Program-made: the position numbers and the translations under genes | In this document: piece after piece, positions 38,887 through 48,149 of the stretch | Numbering within the stretch: the stretch's first letter is position 1 | Layout: every line of letters begins with the position of its first letter | DNA from: Bacteroidota bacterium | Lineage (GTDB): Bacteria > Bacteroidota > Ignavibacteria > UBA10030 | Direction of reading: 5' to 3' | DNA length: 54,885 nucleotides | Assembly (NCBI GenBank): GCA_035291905.1 | Contig: DATDRF010000255.1 | Coordinates: forward strand, 1 to 54,885 | Notes under the pieces: generated by a model | Told to the model about the DNA's origin: nothing | The model's database searches: none | The model's input: only the letters and a program-made list of their open reading frames with translations

Positions 38887-39961
38887 CATTGCAAAAAGAT
38901 CGAAAAAGGCGGGACTTCCTCCCGGAACGCTTCTTCATGTGGGAAAGCTCAGAACCGAACAGGCGAGAGTATCGGTGATTGAGTACGAAAAGAGTTGGTT
39001 TACGGCAAAAAGCATTACTGCGGCGGGATTATCCCTTGAGAGCAGGCGAAAACCGGCGGTGAGATGGATTGATGTCGAAGGGCTCCATCAGGTCGAAATC
39101 ATCCGAAACCTGGGATCACGCTATTCAATTCATTCGCTGGTTCTGGAAGATATTCTCCAGACAGCCCAACGGCCGAAGATCGAGGACTACGGAGATCGCC
39201 TTTTTGTCGTGCTCAAGATGCTCCGTTATGACCGGCAAAAGCGAATTGTCGAGTCCGAACAGGTCTCAATGATCCTGACGAAGAATACGGTTCTCACATT
39301 TCAGGAGGGTTTTGAGGGGGACGTCTTCGACGCTATCCGGCTCCGCATACGCAATGGCGGCGGTCTGATTCGCACCCTTGGTGCAGACTACCTTATGTAC
39401 AGTCTCATGGATGCCATTGTTGACCAGTATTTCATCATTCTCGAGGAGCTTGGAGAGAGGATCGAACTGACCGAGAAGGGTATCATCGATAATCCAACCA
39501 CAAAAGAACTTCAGGAGGTTCAACGTCTGAAGCATGAGCTCCTGTTCGTTCGAAAATCGATCTGGTCCCTTCGGGAAGTCGTAGCCCAGCTCGAAAGAGG
39601 GGATTCATCGCTTGTTCGCACACAGACGATTGCCTATTTGCGCGACCTCCATGACCACGTCATTACCACCATGGAGACTTTGGAGAGCTACCGTGAGACT
39701 CTTTCGGGTCTCGTGGATCTCGCGATGTCGAGCATGAGCAACCGAATGAGCGAAGTCATGAAGACCCTGACGGTGATCGCGACGATCTTCATTCCGCTGA
39801 CCTTTATTGCGGGGGTCTATGGTATGAACTTTGACACGGGGATCAGTCCTTGGAGTATGCCCGAGTTGAAGTGGCAGTTCGGGTATCCGGCCATCCTGGT
39901 TATTATGGCAATTTCGGCGCTTGCCATGCTGGCATATTTTAAACGAAAAAAATGGTTCTAA
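38876..39961 (+). CDS. corA: magnesium/cobalt transporter CorA
   Basis: The YGMNF signature precedes the last TM helix. Two C-terminal TM helices are present, and the size is typical. Confidence 0.9.
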   Translation: MRTDIAKRSKKAGLPPGTLLHVGKLRTEQARVSVIEYEKSWFTAKSITAAGLSLESRRKPAVRWIDVEGLHQVEIIRNLGSRYSIHSLVLEDILQTAQRPKIEDYGDRLFVVLKMLRYDRQKRIVESEQVSMILTKNTVLTFQEGFEGDVFDAIRLRIRNGGGLIRTLGADYLMYSLMDAIVDQYFIILEELGERIELTEKGIIDNPTTKELQEVQRLKHELLFVRKSIWSLREVVAQLERGDSSLVRTQTIAYLRDLHDHVITTMETLESYRETLSGLVDLAMSSMSNRMSEVMKTLTVIATIFIPLTFIAGVYGMNFDTGISPWSMPELKWQFGYPAILVIMAISALAMLAYFKRKKWF

Positions 39962-39977
39962 TTCGGAAGGTGTTCTC

Positions 39978-41306
39978 ATGAGAAATCGAATCGTCCTCTT
40001 GAGCCTTATGATGTTCGGAAGTGTCGCGGTGCGGGCCCAGGAGCCTTCGAATCCCGTTCCAAGCTTGCGCGAGCAGGCCGTTATCCAGCAACAATGGCTG
40101 AAGGCGCGGCTCGAGAAAGTGCTTCCGGGGCTCTTGCGTGAGCACGGGGTTCAGATGTGGGTGGTTCCCATGAGGGAGTATAACGAAGACCCTGTGTTTT
40201 CATCGTTGGTCTCTGCTACCACATTTGCAGCGCGGCGAAGAACTATCTATGTCTTCTTTGACCGGGGAGCCGAAAAGGGAATCGAACGGCTGGCTCTCGG
40301 CGGGAGTTCCCAAGGCGGGCTGTACACGGCCTACAGGGACACGACACTTCAAAACGCCGAGCTATGGGGAAAGGAGCAATGGAACCTCCTCAGCAAGGTC
40401 ATCAGAGAAAGGAATCCAAGGACTGTCGCTGTAAACATCTCCCACACCCACGCGTTCTCGGACGGCCTTTCTGCCGGTGAGTGGGAGCAGCTGCAGGAAG
40501 CTCTCGGCCCCGATTACCTTCGAAGAATTGTGCGGGCGGAAAGACTGGCGCTGGATTACATAGCGCTCCGTGTACCCGAGATGATGCCCGTGTACGAGAA
40601 GATGATGAGGACTGTCCACGCAGTCATCGGTGAAGCATTCTCCACCAAGGTGATTGTTCCGGGCAAGACGAGGACCGGCGATGTTGTCTGGTGGATGAGG
40701 CAGCGAACCCACGATCTGGGATTTGGGACATGGTTCCAGCCGAGCGTTGATGTACAGCGAAAAGGGGACTCACTGGAGGAAAATCCGGTCATTCAGAGGG
40801 GAGACGTCCTTCATTGCGATTACGGTCTGACACTGATGAGGCTCAATACGGATACCCAGCATATGGGGTATGTTTTGAGGGAGGGTGAAAGTTCGGTTCC
40901 GGAGGGACTTGTTCAGGCCTTGAAGAACAGCAACAGGATGCAGGATCTTGTTCTGGCAAACATGAAGGTCGGAAAGATGGGGAATGAGATCCTGCTGGAG
41001 ACCCTCGCTCAGATGAAGGCAGAGGGGATCGAAGGGACACTCTATACGCATCCCATTGGTGAACACGGCCATGGGGCCGGCCCGCTCATTGGGCTTTGGG
41101 ACAGACAGCAAGGGGTTCCCGGGAGGGGAGATGTGCCCGTTCTGGCAAATACGTGGTTCTCCGTCGAATTACAGGCGACTACGGCCGTTCCTGAATGGAA
41201 TGGACAAAAGGTTAGGTCTGCTCAGGAAGAGGATGTGGAAGTGACGTCAGATGGAAACGTCAGATGGATCCATGAGCGACAGACGAGATTCCATTTGATC
41301 AAGTAG
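39978..41306 (+). CDS. secreted M24-family metallopeptidase (Xaa-Pro aminopeptidase-like)
   Basis: The ATG at 39978 gives the signal peptide MRNRIVLLSLMMFGSVAVRAQE. GDVLHCDYG and THPIGEHGHG are metal-ligand regions. The ORF track start 39921 overlaps corA. Confidence 0.72.
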   Translation: MRNRIVLLSLMMFGSVAVRAQEPSNPVPSLREQAVIQQQWLKARLEKVLPGLLREHGVQMWVVPMREYNEDPVFSSLVSATTFAARRRTIYVFFDRGAEKGIERLALGGSSQGGLYTAYRDTTLQNAELWGKEQWNLLSKVIRERNPRTVAVNISHTHAFSDGLSAGEWEQLQEALGPDYLRRIVRAERLALDYIALRVPEMMPVYEKMMRTVHAVIGEAFSTKVIVPGKTRTGDVVWWMRQRTHDLGFGTWFQPSVDVQRKGDSLEENPVIQRGDVLHCDYGLTLMRLNTDTQHMGYVLREGESSVPEGLVQALKNSNRMQDLVLANMKVGKMGNEILLETLAQMKAEGIEGTLYTHPIGEHGHGAGPLIGLWDRQQGVPGRGDVPVLANTWFSVELQATTAVPEWNGQKVRSAQEEDVEVTSDGNVRWIHERQTRFHLIK

Positions 41307-41603
41307 CTGTCAAAAAGCGATGTCAATTTGACATGCGCCCTGTCACCAGTCCAACGAGTGGGGGCTCATGTTCTCTCCATTTCGGCTGATCTTTTCTCTC
41401 CTCAAAACCTTCGAATTCAGTAAATATTTGGCATGTCCCCATTCGCTTAGAGCTTACCCCTTGACAGTTGTTGCTGAAATCGTTTCTTTGTAACCGGCTT
41501 TTCGAGTAACCTGTTCATTTCTTTTGATGTTAAGGCGAATGATTCAGGTTATCATTTATTCCTCCCGCTGTTCGGTATCATTAATGAATAGAATGGAGGT
41601 TCG

Positions 41604-42356
41604 ATGAGCTCAGCATTGACTGGAAAGGGAATTTTGGGAAAACAAAGCCTATTCATAGCATTATGGGCCTTTTTGGTGGTCGGGTGTACGAGCCCGACTC
41701 CAGGCCTTAATTTCGCTGCCAAGAACAGCCCCGAGGTTGAGAAGGCGACTGCGATAGAAAGAACCCTGAACATTGAAGAACTGGACAATCTGAGCATCAG
41801 GTCGATTGGTCGGTATGGCGGGGCAATCCAGAAATATGCCCACAGGTATCAGGTGGACTGGAGGCTTGTTCTAGCGGTCATGAAACAGGAGTCGAGTTTC
41901 CGCCCCAAGGTGGTCAGCCGCAAGGGTGCCTACGGGCTTATGCAGATCATGCCGCTGACAGCTGCTGAAGTCACCCAAAAGGTAGGGGTCAGCAATGCCG
42001 AAACTCCCCATAATAACATCAAGGCGGGGATCTTCCACCTTAAGTCGCTTTATCGGTTCTTTGAGGACTCCCGGGGTGATGAGCGAATCAAACTGAGTCT
42101 TGCCGCCTACAATGCCGGGCTGAACCGGATAAGGGATGCACAGGACATAGCCCGATTCCTCGGTGAAGATCCCGATACCTGGAAGGGGGTTCTTGAGGCT
42201 CTTCCTTTGCTCTCGAAGAGATACCAGACACTCCACAAGAAAGTATGGGAAGACGGATCACCGCGGGCAGGTTACTTTCGCGACGTACGGCAGACGCGCA
42301 ACTACGTCGAGAATATCATGCAGTTCTATGATGAGTACCAGCTAGCTCTGCAGTAA
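41604..42356 (+). CDS. lytic transglycosylase (SLT domain) lipoprotein
   Basis: Lipobox LVVGC. MKQESSFRPKVVSRKGAYGLMQIMP and AYNAG are present. Confidence 0.85.
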   Translation: MSSALTGKGILGKQSLFIALWAFLVVGCTSPTPGLNFAAKNSPEVEKATAIERTLNIEELDNLSIRSIGRYGGAIQKYAHRYQVDWRLVLAVMKQESSFRPKVVSRKGAYGLMQIMPLTAAEVTQKVGVSNAETPHNNIKAGIFHLKSLYRFFEDSRGDERIKLSLAAYNAGLNRIRDAQDIARFLGEDPDTWKGVLEALPLLSKRYQTLHKKVWEDGSPRAGYFRDVRQTRNYVENIMQFYDEYQLALQ

Positions 42357-42357
42357 C

Positions 42358-43041
42358 ATGTCTCACTGGATACGTGTTGTATTCTCTCTCCTGATTCTGG
42401 CCACTCCGGCTGTTTCCCAGGAAGAAGAGAACCTCGATATCCGATTCTTCCGCAGCATCAACAATCGTCAGGACCCGTCAAGAGACGGGGTCATCGAGTT
42501 CCTCGATCATACATCACTCCCCACGTTTGGAGCAATTCCCGTGGGGTTTGCCGTTATTGGGCTTGCCGTCGACGATCGGGCTGTTTTCGAGGTCGGCCTT
42601 CTCTCTGCGACTGCTCAACTCTCCTCGTTGGGAATGACGTTCATCCTCAAAGAACTTGTTGGTCGCCCTCGTCCTTTTGAATCCTTGTCCGATGTTCGCG
42701 TAAAACATCGATGGTCGGCAACCGGCTCCTCATTCCCCTCCGGCCACACGTCGCAGGCGTTTGCCATTGCCACAATCATCTCTCTCAAATTTCGCAGGGG
42801 GTCCGTCATCATCCCTTCAGTCCTCTGGGCCTCCGCTATCAGCTACGGGAGGATCTTCCTGGGAGTTCACTATCCTTCCGACGTGGCAGGCGGGATGCTC
42901 ATCGGAATCGCCGGCGGGTTGGTTGCCTGGAGCCTGCGAGGAGAGGCGAACGCCATTGCCGTGAGAGCAATTGCAGAGCAGCGCGTGGGAGAAACGGGGG
43001 CTCCCCGGGCGGAGCTGCTGGAGATTCGGATTCCGTTGTAG
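42358..43041 (+). CDS. PAP2-family phosphatase (membrane)
   Basis: All three PAP2 motifs are present: KELVGRPRP, SFPSGHTS and GVHYPSDV. Confidence 0.88.
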   Translation: MSHWIRVVFSLLILATPAVSQEEENLDIRFFRSINNRQDPSRDGVIEFLDHTSLPTFGAIPVGFAVIGLAVDDRAVFEVGLLSATAQLSSLGMTFILKELVGRPRPFESLSDVRVKHRWSATGSSFPSGHTSQAFAIATIISLKFRRGSVIIPSVLWASAISYGRIFLGVHYPSDVAGGMLIGIAGGLVAWSLRGEANAIAVRAIAEQRVGETGAPRAELLEIRIPL

Positions 43042-43079
43042 CGTTTGATTCTCCCTGAGAAATTGGGTACATTTTTACC

Positions 43080-44117
43080 ATGGAATCGTATCAAAAAACA
43101 TTCCGCGCTCCTGAGCTTTTCGGGGATTTTTGGCTCAATTCCGACCCTGTTTCCGTTCGAGAAATCCGCGGGAACGTCCTCCTTGTCGATTTTTGGGACT
43201 ATTCCTCCGTTCACTGCATCAGGGCTCTTCCATATGTAAAGGAATGGCAGCGGAAGTACCGTGATTATGGGCTGGTGGTCGTAGGGGTTCACACTCCCGA
43301 ATTTGCGTTCGGCCAGGATGAACACAACGTGCGCAAAGCAGTCCAGGATCTTGACATTCCCTATCCGATCGTGGGAGACAATGAGGCACGGATATGGAGT
43401 TCGTTTGGCAGTCGAACGTGGCCCACGAAGTTTCTCGTCGACAAAGACGGCTTCATCCGGGTCATGCATCAGGGAGAAGGGAGTTACGATCAGTTCGAAC
43501 GATCGATTCAGTTCATGGTGAGCGAGGCGGGCATGCGGGGTGAGCTTCCCGATCTGACCACCCCGGTTCGCGACACGGACGTCCCCGGGGCTGTCTGCTA
43601 TCGGACGACGGCCGAGGTCCGCACGGGATATCTCCGGGGAGCCCTTGGCAACACGGAAGGATACACACCCGAATCCACTCTTGAGTATGTTGACCAGGGG
43701 ATCTACCTCCCCGGCCGGTTCTATCTCAATGGGAAATGGACATCCGAACGGGAAAGTGTCCGCTTTGTGGGCGGTTCCAAAGAGTCGGGGACTGCGAGCG
43801 TTCGGTATGAGGCCTCGGAGGTCAATGCCGTACTCGGCCATGAACACGGGAAGAAATGCAAAGTTCTCGTCCAACAGGATGGAAAATGGCTCGGAAAAAG
43901 CAACCGGGGGAGCGACGTGGCGGTCGGGAAGGACGGGTCGACGTACGTGACGGTTGATCGCTTTCGAATGTTTAACATCATCAAGAACAGCCAGTTTGGC
44001 GAGCACGCCGTCAGGCTTTTCACAAATGTCGCCGACGTCCGGCTGTTCAGCTTCACTTTTGTGGGTTCTATCATTCCCGAGGTCATGAATACGCCCCAAG
44101 GGATCGGGATGAATTGA
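43080..44117 (+). CDS. thioredoxin-fold (redoxin/DipZ C-terminal-like) protein with a degenerate active site
   Basis: VLLVDFWDYSSVHCIRALPYV...VVGVHTPEFAF...WPTKFLVDKDG is present. The usual CxxC position reads SVHC. A beta-rich C-terminal domain follows. Confidence 0.72.
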   Translation: MESYQKTFRAPELFGDFWLNSDPVSVREIRGNVLLVDFWDYSSVHCIRALPYVKEWQRKYRDYGLVVVGVHTPEFAFGQDEHNVRKAVQDLDIPYPIVGDNEARIWSSFGSRTWPTKFLVDKDGFIRVMHQGEGSYDQFERSIQFMVSEAGMRGELPDLTTPVRDTDVPGAVCYRTTAEVRTGYLRGALGNTEGYTPESTLEYVDQGIYLPGRFYLNGKWTSERESVRFVGGSKESGTASVRYEASEVNAVLGHEHGKKCKVLVQQDGKWLGKSNRGSDVAVGKDGSTYVTVDRFRMFNIIKNSQFGEHAVRLFTNVADVRLFSFTFVGSIIPEVMNTPQGIGMN

Positions 44118-45145
44118 TGAAATGCGTGCGCATTCACGAACACGGCGGTCTTGAGAAACTCCTCATCGAGGAGATTCCCCCTCCGAAAATCTCAAGCTCT
44201 GAAGTCCTCGTTCAGGTCAAAGCAACCTCTCTCAACCACCTCGACCTTTGGGTTCGAAAAGGACTCCCCGGCGTAAAGTTTCCTCTCCCAATCATTCCCG
44301 GCATTGACGCGGCAGGTATTGTTGCAGAAGTGGGGGATGCCGTCACTCACGTCGTCCCCGGCGACCGGGTAGCGATTGCCCAGGGTATCTCCTGCGGGCA
44401 TTGCGTGTGGTGCCTCAATGGCCAAGATAATCTCTGCAAGGACTATCGGCTGATCGGGGAGCACCGCGACGGGGCCGACGCGGAGTTTCTGAGCGTCCCC
44501 GGCCGCAACGTCATCAAATTGAGCAAAGCCCTCTCCTTTGAGCAGGCTGCCGCGGGAGCTCTCGTCTTCCTCACGGCCTGGCAGATGCTGGTCGACAAGG
44601 CCAGGGTGCGTCCGGGCGAAGATGTCCTCGTGATGGGGGCAAGCAGCGGTGTTGGAAGCGCAGGCCTTCAGATCGCCAAACTGTTCGGCGCGCGTGTCAT
44701 TGCAGTGACCAGCTCGGAGAAGAAGGCGGACCACGCGCGCATGCTGGGAGCCGATGAGACAATCATCCGGACAAAGGGAAATATTGTCAAGGAGGTGAGA
44801 GCACTCACCGCGAAACGCGGGGTCGATGTTGTTTTCGAACACGTTGGCTCGAGTGTGTGGGACGACTGCATCAAAAGCCTCGCCAAAGGCGGACGCCTGG
44901 TGACGTGCGGCGCAACATCAGGTTTCGACGCGGCCACCGACCTTCGATACATCTTCTACAAGCAGCTTCAGATCCTCGGCTCGACCATGGGCCGCAAGGG
45001 GGATCTCATTACAATCCTGAAATTCTTCGAAGAGGGGAAACTCAAACCGGTCATCGACAGGGTCATACCCCTGGACCAAGTGCGCGAGGGGCATCGTTTG
45101 CTCGAAGAAGGGACGCAGTTCGGCAAGATCGTCATGACCCCTTAG
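44114..45145 (+). CDS. zinc-type medium-chain alcohol dehydrogenase / oxidoreductase
   Basis: CGHCVWCLNGQDNLC is a structural-zinc motif. GASSGVGS is the NAD(P) fold. An ATGA-type overlap links it to the upstream gene. Confidence 0.85.
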   Translation: MMKCVRIHEHGGLEKLLIEEIPPPKISSSEVLVQVKATSLNHLDLWVRKGLPGVKFPLPIIPGIDAAGIVAEVGDAVTHVVPGDRVAIAQGISCGHCVWCLNGQDNLCKDYRLIGEHRDGADAEFLSVPGRNVIKLSKALSFEQAAAGALVFLTAWQMLVDKARVRPGEDVLVMGASSGVGSAGLQIAKLFGARVIAVTSSEKKADHARMLGADETIIRTKGNIVKEVRALTAKRGVDVVFEHVGSSVWDDCIKSLAKGGRLVTCGATSGFDAATDLRYIFYKQLQILGSTMGRKGDLITILKFFEEGKLKPVIDRVIPLDQVREGHRLLEEGTQFGKIVMTP

Positions 45146-45246
45146 CAATGCAGGCAGGGGCAGGAAAGGTCGGGGCAAGTCTTTGGGGGCGAAACAGTTC
45201 TTGATCAGCTGACTTAGACTCCGTCATGACGAAAGGGAAAACACCC

Positions 45247-47892
45247 ATGAGATTTGTTTGCGTTTGCATCCTGATCCCCCTTCTCTTTCTCCCTCTCCGA
45301 GGCCAAGGGCAATTGCCGTTTCGGAATCCCGATCTGCCCATTGAAAAACGGGTCGCCGACCTTGTCGGACGTCTCACCCTCGATGAGAAGGTAAAGCAGA
45401 TGCTGTACAATGCACCTGCGATCGAGCGGCTCGGCGTCCCTGCCTATAATTGGTGGGGTGAAGCTCTTCACGGCGTGGCACGTGCCGGCAAAGCAACGGT
45501 CTTTCCGCAGGCGATCGGCCTTGCAGCAACCTGGGATTCCGATCTTATGTTTCGTGTCGCCACGGTTATTTCCGATGAAGCACGGGCGAAGTATCGCGGT
45601 TCTCTCAAGAAGGGATGGACGGAGATCTATGAGGGCCTCACGTTCTGGTCTCCCAACATCAACATTTTCCGTGATCCCCGCTGGGGCCGGGGAATGGAGA
45701 CCTACGGCGAAGATCCGTTCCTCGCAGGGCGCCTTGGTGTCGAGTTTGTGCGTGGGATGCAGGGAAATGATCCGCGCTATTTCAAAACCATTGCGACGCC
45801 CAAACACTTTGCTGTTCACAGCGGACCTGAGCCTCTGCGCCATGTCTACGATGCACGGGTAGATGATCGCGATCTTTACGAGACCTATCTTCCAGCCTTC
45901 AGAGCAACAATTGTTGATGGCCACGCCCAATCTGTCATGTGTGCGTACAACCGGTTTCGGGGCGACCCATGTTGCGGCAGCAGCGCATTGATCCAAAAGA
46001 TTCTCCGCGATCAGTGGGGATTCGACGGTTATGTGGTTTCCGACTGTTGGGCCATCATGGATTTCTACACGTTTCACAAGACCTCTTTGGATGCGCCTTC
46101 TGCAGCTGCAGCAGCTTTGATCGCCGGGACCGACCTCAACTGCGGTGTGACCTATGACAGCCTGGCGGTGGCTGTTCGAAAAGGGCTGGTGGCCGAGAGG
46201 GAGGTCGATAAGGCTGTGGCAAGACTGTTCCGGATCCGCTTCAAACTCGGCATGTTCGATCCGCCCGAGCGCGTTCCATTTGCATCGATCCCCGAAAGTG
46301 CCAATGATTCACAAGAGCACCGTCAGATAGCGCTCGAGACTACACGAAAATCGATCGTCCTTCTGAAAAACGAAGGTGGAGTCCTTCCCCTTCGGGATGA
46401 TCTCCGCACGGTGGCGGTCATTGGCCCGAACGCGGATGATGTGGAGACCCTGTTGGGCAACTACAACGGAACACCCGCAGAGCCGGTGACCCCGCTGGAA
46501 GGCATTCGCCGTCGGCTGGGAGAGAAGACGAAGGTTATCTATGAGCGCGGCTGCGACGTTGCCCAAGGAATGTTGACGACAGAAGTCGTTCCCGGTTCTG
46601 CGTTGTACACACAGACGACCTCGGGCCGTGTTTCGGGGCTGCAGGCCGACTACTTCAACAACTATGATTTCAAAGGAGCCCCCTTCCGGTCAAGGATCGA
46701 CAGGACGATTGACTACCAATGGTGGGAGAATGCGCCGATAGCAGGGATGAGGGCTGATAGCTTCAGTGTGCGATGGAGGGGAATTCTCGTAGCACCTGCA
46801 ACCGGGAAATACCTGTTGGGCGGGAACGCTCTCGGCATATACAGGATGTTTGTCGATGACTCGCTGTTCGTCGAGTTCACCGAAAGGCATGTCGCACGCC
46901 CCGAATGGAAAGAAATCGAGCTTAAAGCAGGTGAAGAAAGAAGAATCACCATAGAGTATCAGGACAGACGGCCGGACGCAACGGTTCAGTTCATGTGGTC
47001 TGCCCCCGAATCAGGCCGCAAAGCGGCAGCACTGGATGCTGCAAAGGGCGCGGATGCCGTCATTATGATCATGGGGCTTTCGCCGCGGCTCGAAGGAGAG
47101 GAGATGACTGTGGAAATTCCCGGGTTCAAAGGGGGCGACAGAACCAGCCTGGACCTTCCGGCTCCTCAAGAGGAGTTGATCAGGGAGGTCGTCGCGCTCG
47201 GAAAGCCCGTGGTTTTGGTTCTGCTGAACGGAAGCGCGGTTGCCGTCAACTGGGCTGCTGCAAATGTTCCCGCCATTGTTGAAGCATGGTATCCCGGACA
47301 GTCAGCCGGCACCGCGATTGCAGAAGTATTGTTCGGCGATTACAGCCCGGGTGGCCGTCTTCCGGTCACGTTCTATAAGTCTGTCGACCAGCTTCCCCCG
47401 TTCGATGATTACCGGATGAAAGGGAGGACTTACAAGTACTTTGATGGGAGCCCCCTCTTCCCGTTTGGATTTGGACTCAGTTATACAAATTTCTCCTACA
47501 GCGACCTCAAGGTTCCTGCAAGTATTCAATCCGGCTCGAGTGCCACCGCTTCTGTCACTGTGGCGAACACGGGCAAGCGGGATGGAGAGGAGGTGGTCCA
47601 GCTTTACGTGAAAGACCTTCAAGCCTCATCGCCGGTCCCGATTCGAGCGCTGGCAGGATTCCGAAGGGTTCTTCTGAAATCGGGCGAGAAAAAAACGGTG
47701 ACGTTTACCATTGAGCCCCGAATGCTTTCCTTGATCAACGCTGGTTCTCGCCGTGTCGTAGAGCCGGGAGAATTCGAGATTACTGTGGGAGGCAAGCAAC
47801 CGGGATTCACCGGGCTTGCAGATGCTGCAACGACCCAAACCATATCGGGCCGGCTAAAGGTAACAGGAAAAGAGTTTGTCCTCGACCCCTGA
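45247..47892 (+). CDS. glycoside hydrolase family 3 (beta-glucosidase/beta-xylosidase type) with an inserted PA14 domain
   Basis: KHFAVHSGPE and GYVVSDCWA (nucleophile Asp region) are present. The PA14-like segment reads GLQADYFNNYDFKG...SVRWRG. A C-terminal Fn3-like domain follows. The signal peptide begins at the ATG at 45247 (ORF track 45226). Confidence 0.88.
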   Translation: MRFVCVCILIPLLFLPLRGQGQLPFRNPDLPIEKRVADLVGRLTLDEKVKQMLYNAPAIERLGVPAYNWWGEALHGVARAGKATVFPQAIGLAATWDSDLMFRVATVISDEARAKYRGSLKKGWTEIYEGLTFWSPNINIFRDPRWGRGMETYGEDPFLAGRLGVEFVRGMQGNDPRYFKTIATPKHFAVHSGPEPLRHVYDARVDDRDLYETYLPAFRATIVDGHAQSVMCAYNRFRGDPCCGSSALIQKILRDQWGFDGYVVSDCWAIMDFYTFHKTSLDAPSAAAAALIAGTDLNCGVTYDSLAVAVRKGLVAEREVDKAVARLFRIRFKLGMFDPPERVPFASIPESANDSQEHRQIALETTRKSIVLLKNEGGVLPLRDDLRTVAVIGPNADDVETLLGNYNGTPAEPVTPLEGIRRRLGEKTKVIYERGCDVAQGMLTTEVVPGSALYTQTTSGRVSGLQADYFNNYDFKGAPFRSRIDRTIDYQWWENAPIAGMRADSFSVRWRGILVAPATGKYLLGGNALGIYRMFVDDSLFVEFTERHVARPEWKEIELKAGEERRITIEYQDRRPDATVQFMWSAPESGRKAAALDAAKGADAVIMIMGLSPRLEGEEMTVEIPGFKGGDRTSLDLPAPQEELIREVVALGKPVVLVLLNGSAVAVNWAAANVPAIVEAWYPGQSAGTAIAEVLFGDYSPGGRLPVTFYKSVDQLPPFDDYRMKGRTYKYFDGSPLFPFGFGLSYTNFSYSDLKVPASIQSGSSATASVTVANTGKRDGEEVVQLYVKDLQASSPVPIRALAGFRRVLLKSGEKKTVTFTIEPRMLSLINAGSRRVVEPGEFEITVGGKQPGFTGLADAATTQTISGRLKVTGKEFVLDP

Positions 47893-47922
47893 ACGTTTTT
47901 CTCTGTGTTCTCCGTGCATTCT

Positions 47923-48065
47923 TAGAAGCCATCTCAAAATGCAGGGGCTGAAGCCCTTTGTTACTGTTTTTTGTTGCCCCGACCTTAAGGTCGGGGCAAT
48001 GCCATGCCCCCTTTTGGGTTTTAACCCTTGAAAAAGACAACAAAACATTTTTGAGATGGCTTCTA
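47923..48065. repeat. 143-bp multi-hairpin palindromic element (possible TA-flanked MITE)
   Basis: The 17-bp inverted termini are TAGAAGCCATCTCAAAA (47923-47939) and TTTTGAGATGGCTTCTA (48049-48065). Internal hairpins are GGGCT-GA-AGCCC, the perfect 22-nt palindrome GCCCCGACCTTAAGGTCGGGGC (47976-47997), and GGGTT-TT-AACCC. Confidence 0.7.
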
Positions 48066-48149
48066 GTGACCTCTGTGGTTAATAACAGAGGACACCGCGT
48101 AGAAAACACGGTGTAAGCAGAGGAGGCACAGAGGATTTGCACCTCAACA

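Noticed and set aside
42870-44099. 409-aa minus-strand ORF
   Set aside because: It is antisense to the thioredoxin-fold gene and the end of the PAP2 gene. The + strand products carry clear family motifs, and the minus product has none.
45157-45215. Short exact matches to other repeats: AAGGTCGGGGCAA shared with the 47923 element, and TCAGCTGACTT shared with the tRNA-linked cassette
   Set aside because: Matches of 11-13 nt are expected many times by chance in a 55-kb self-comparison on both strands. There is no flanking similarity strong enough to call homology.
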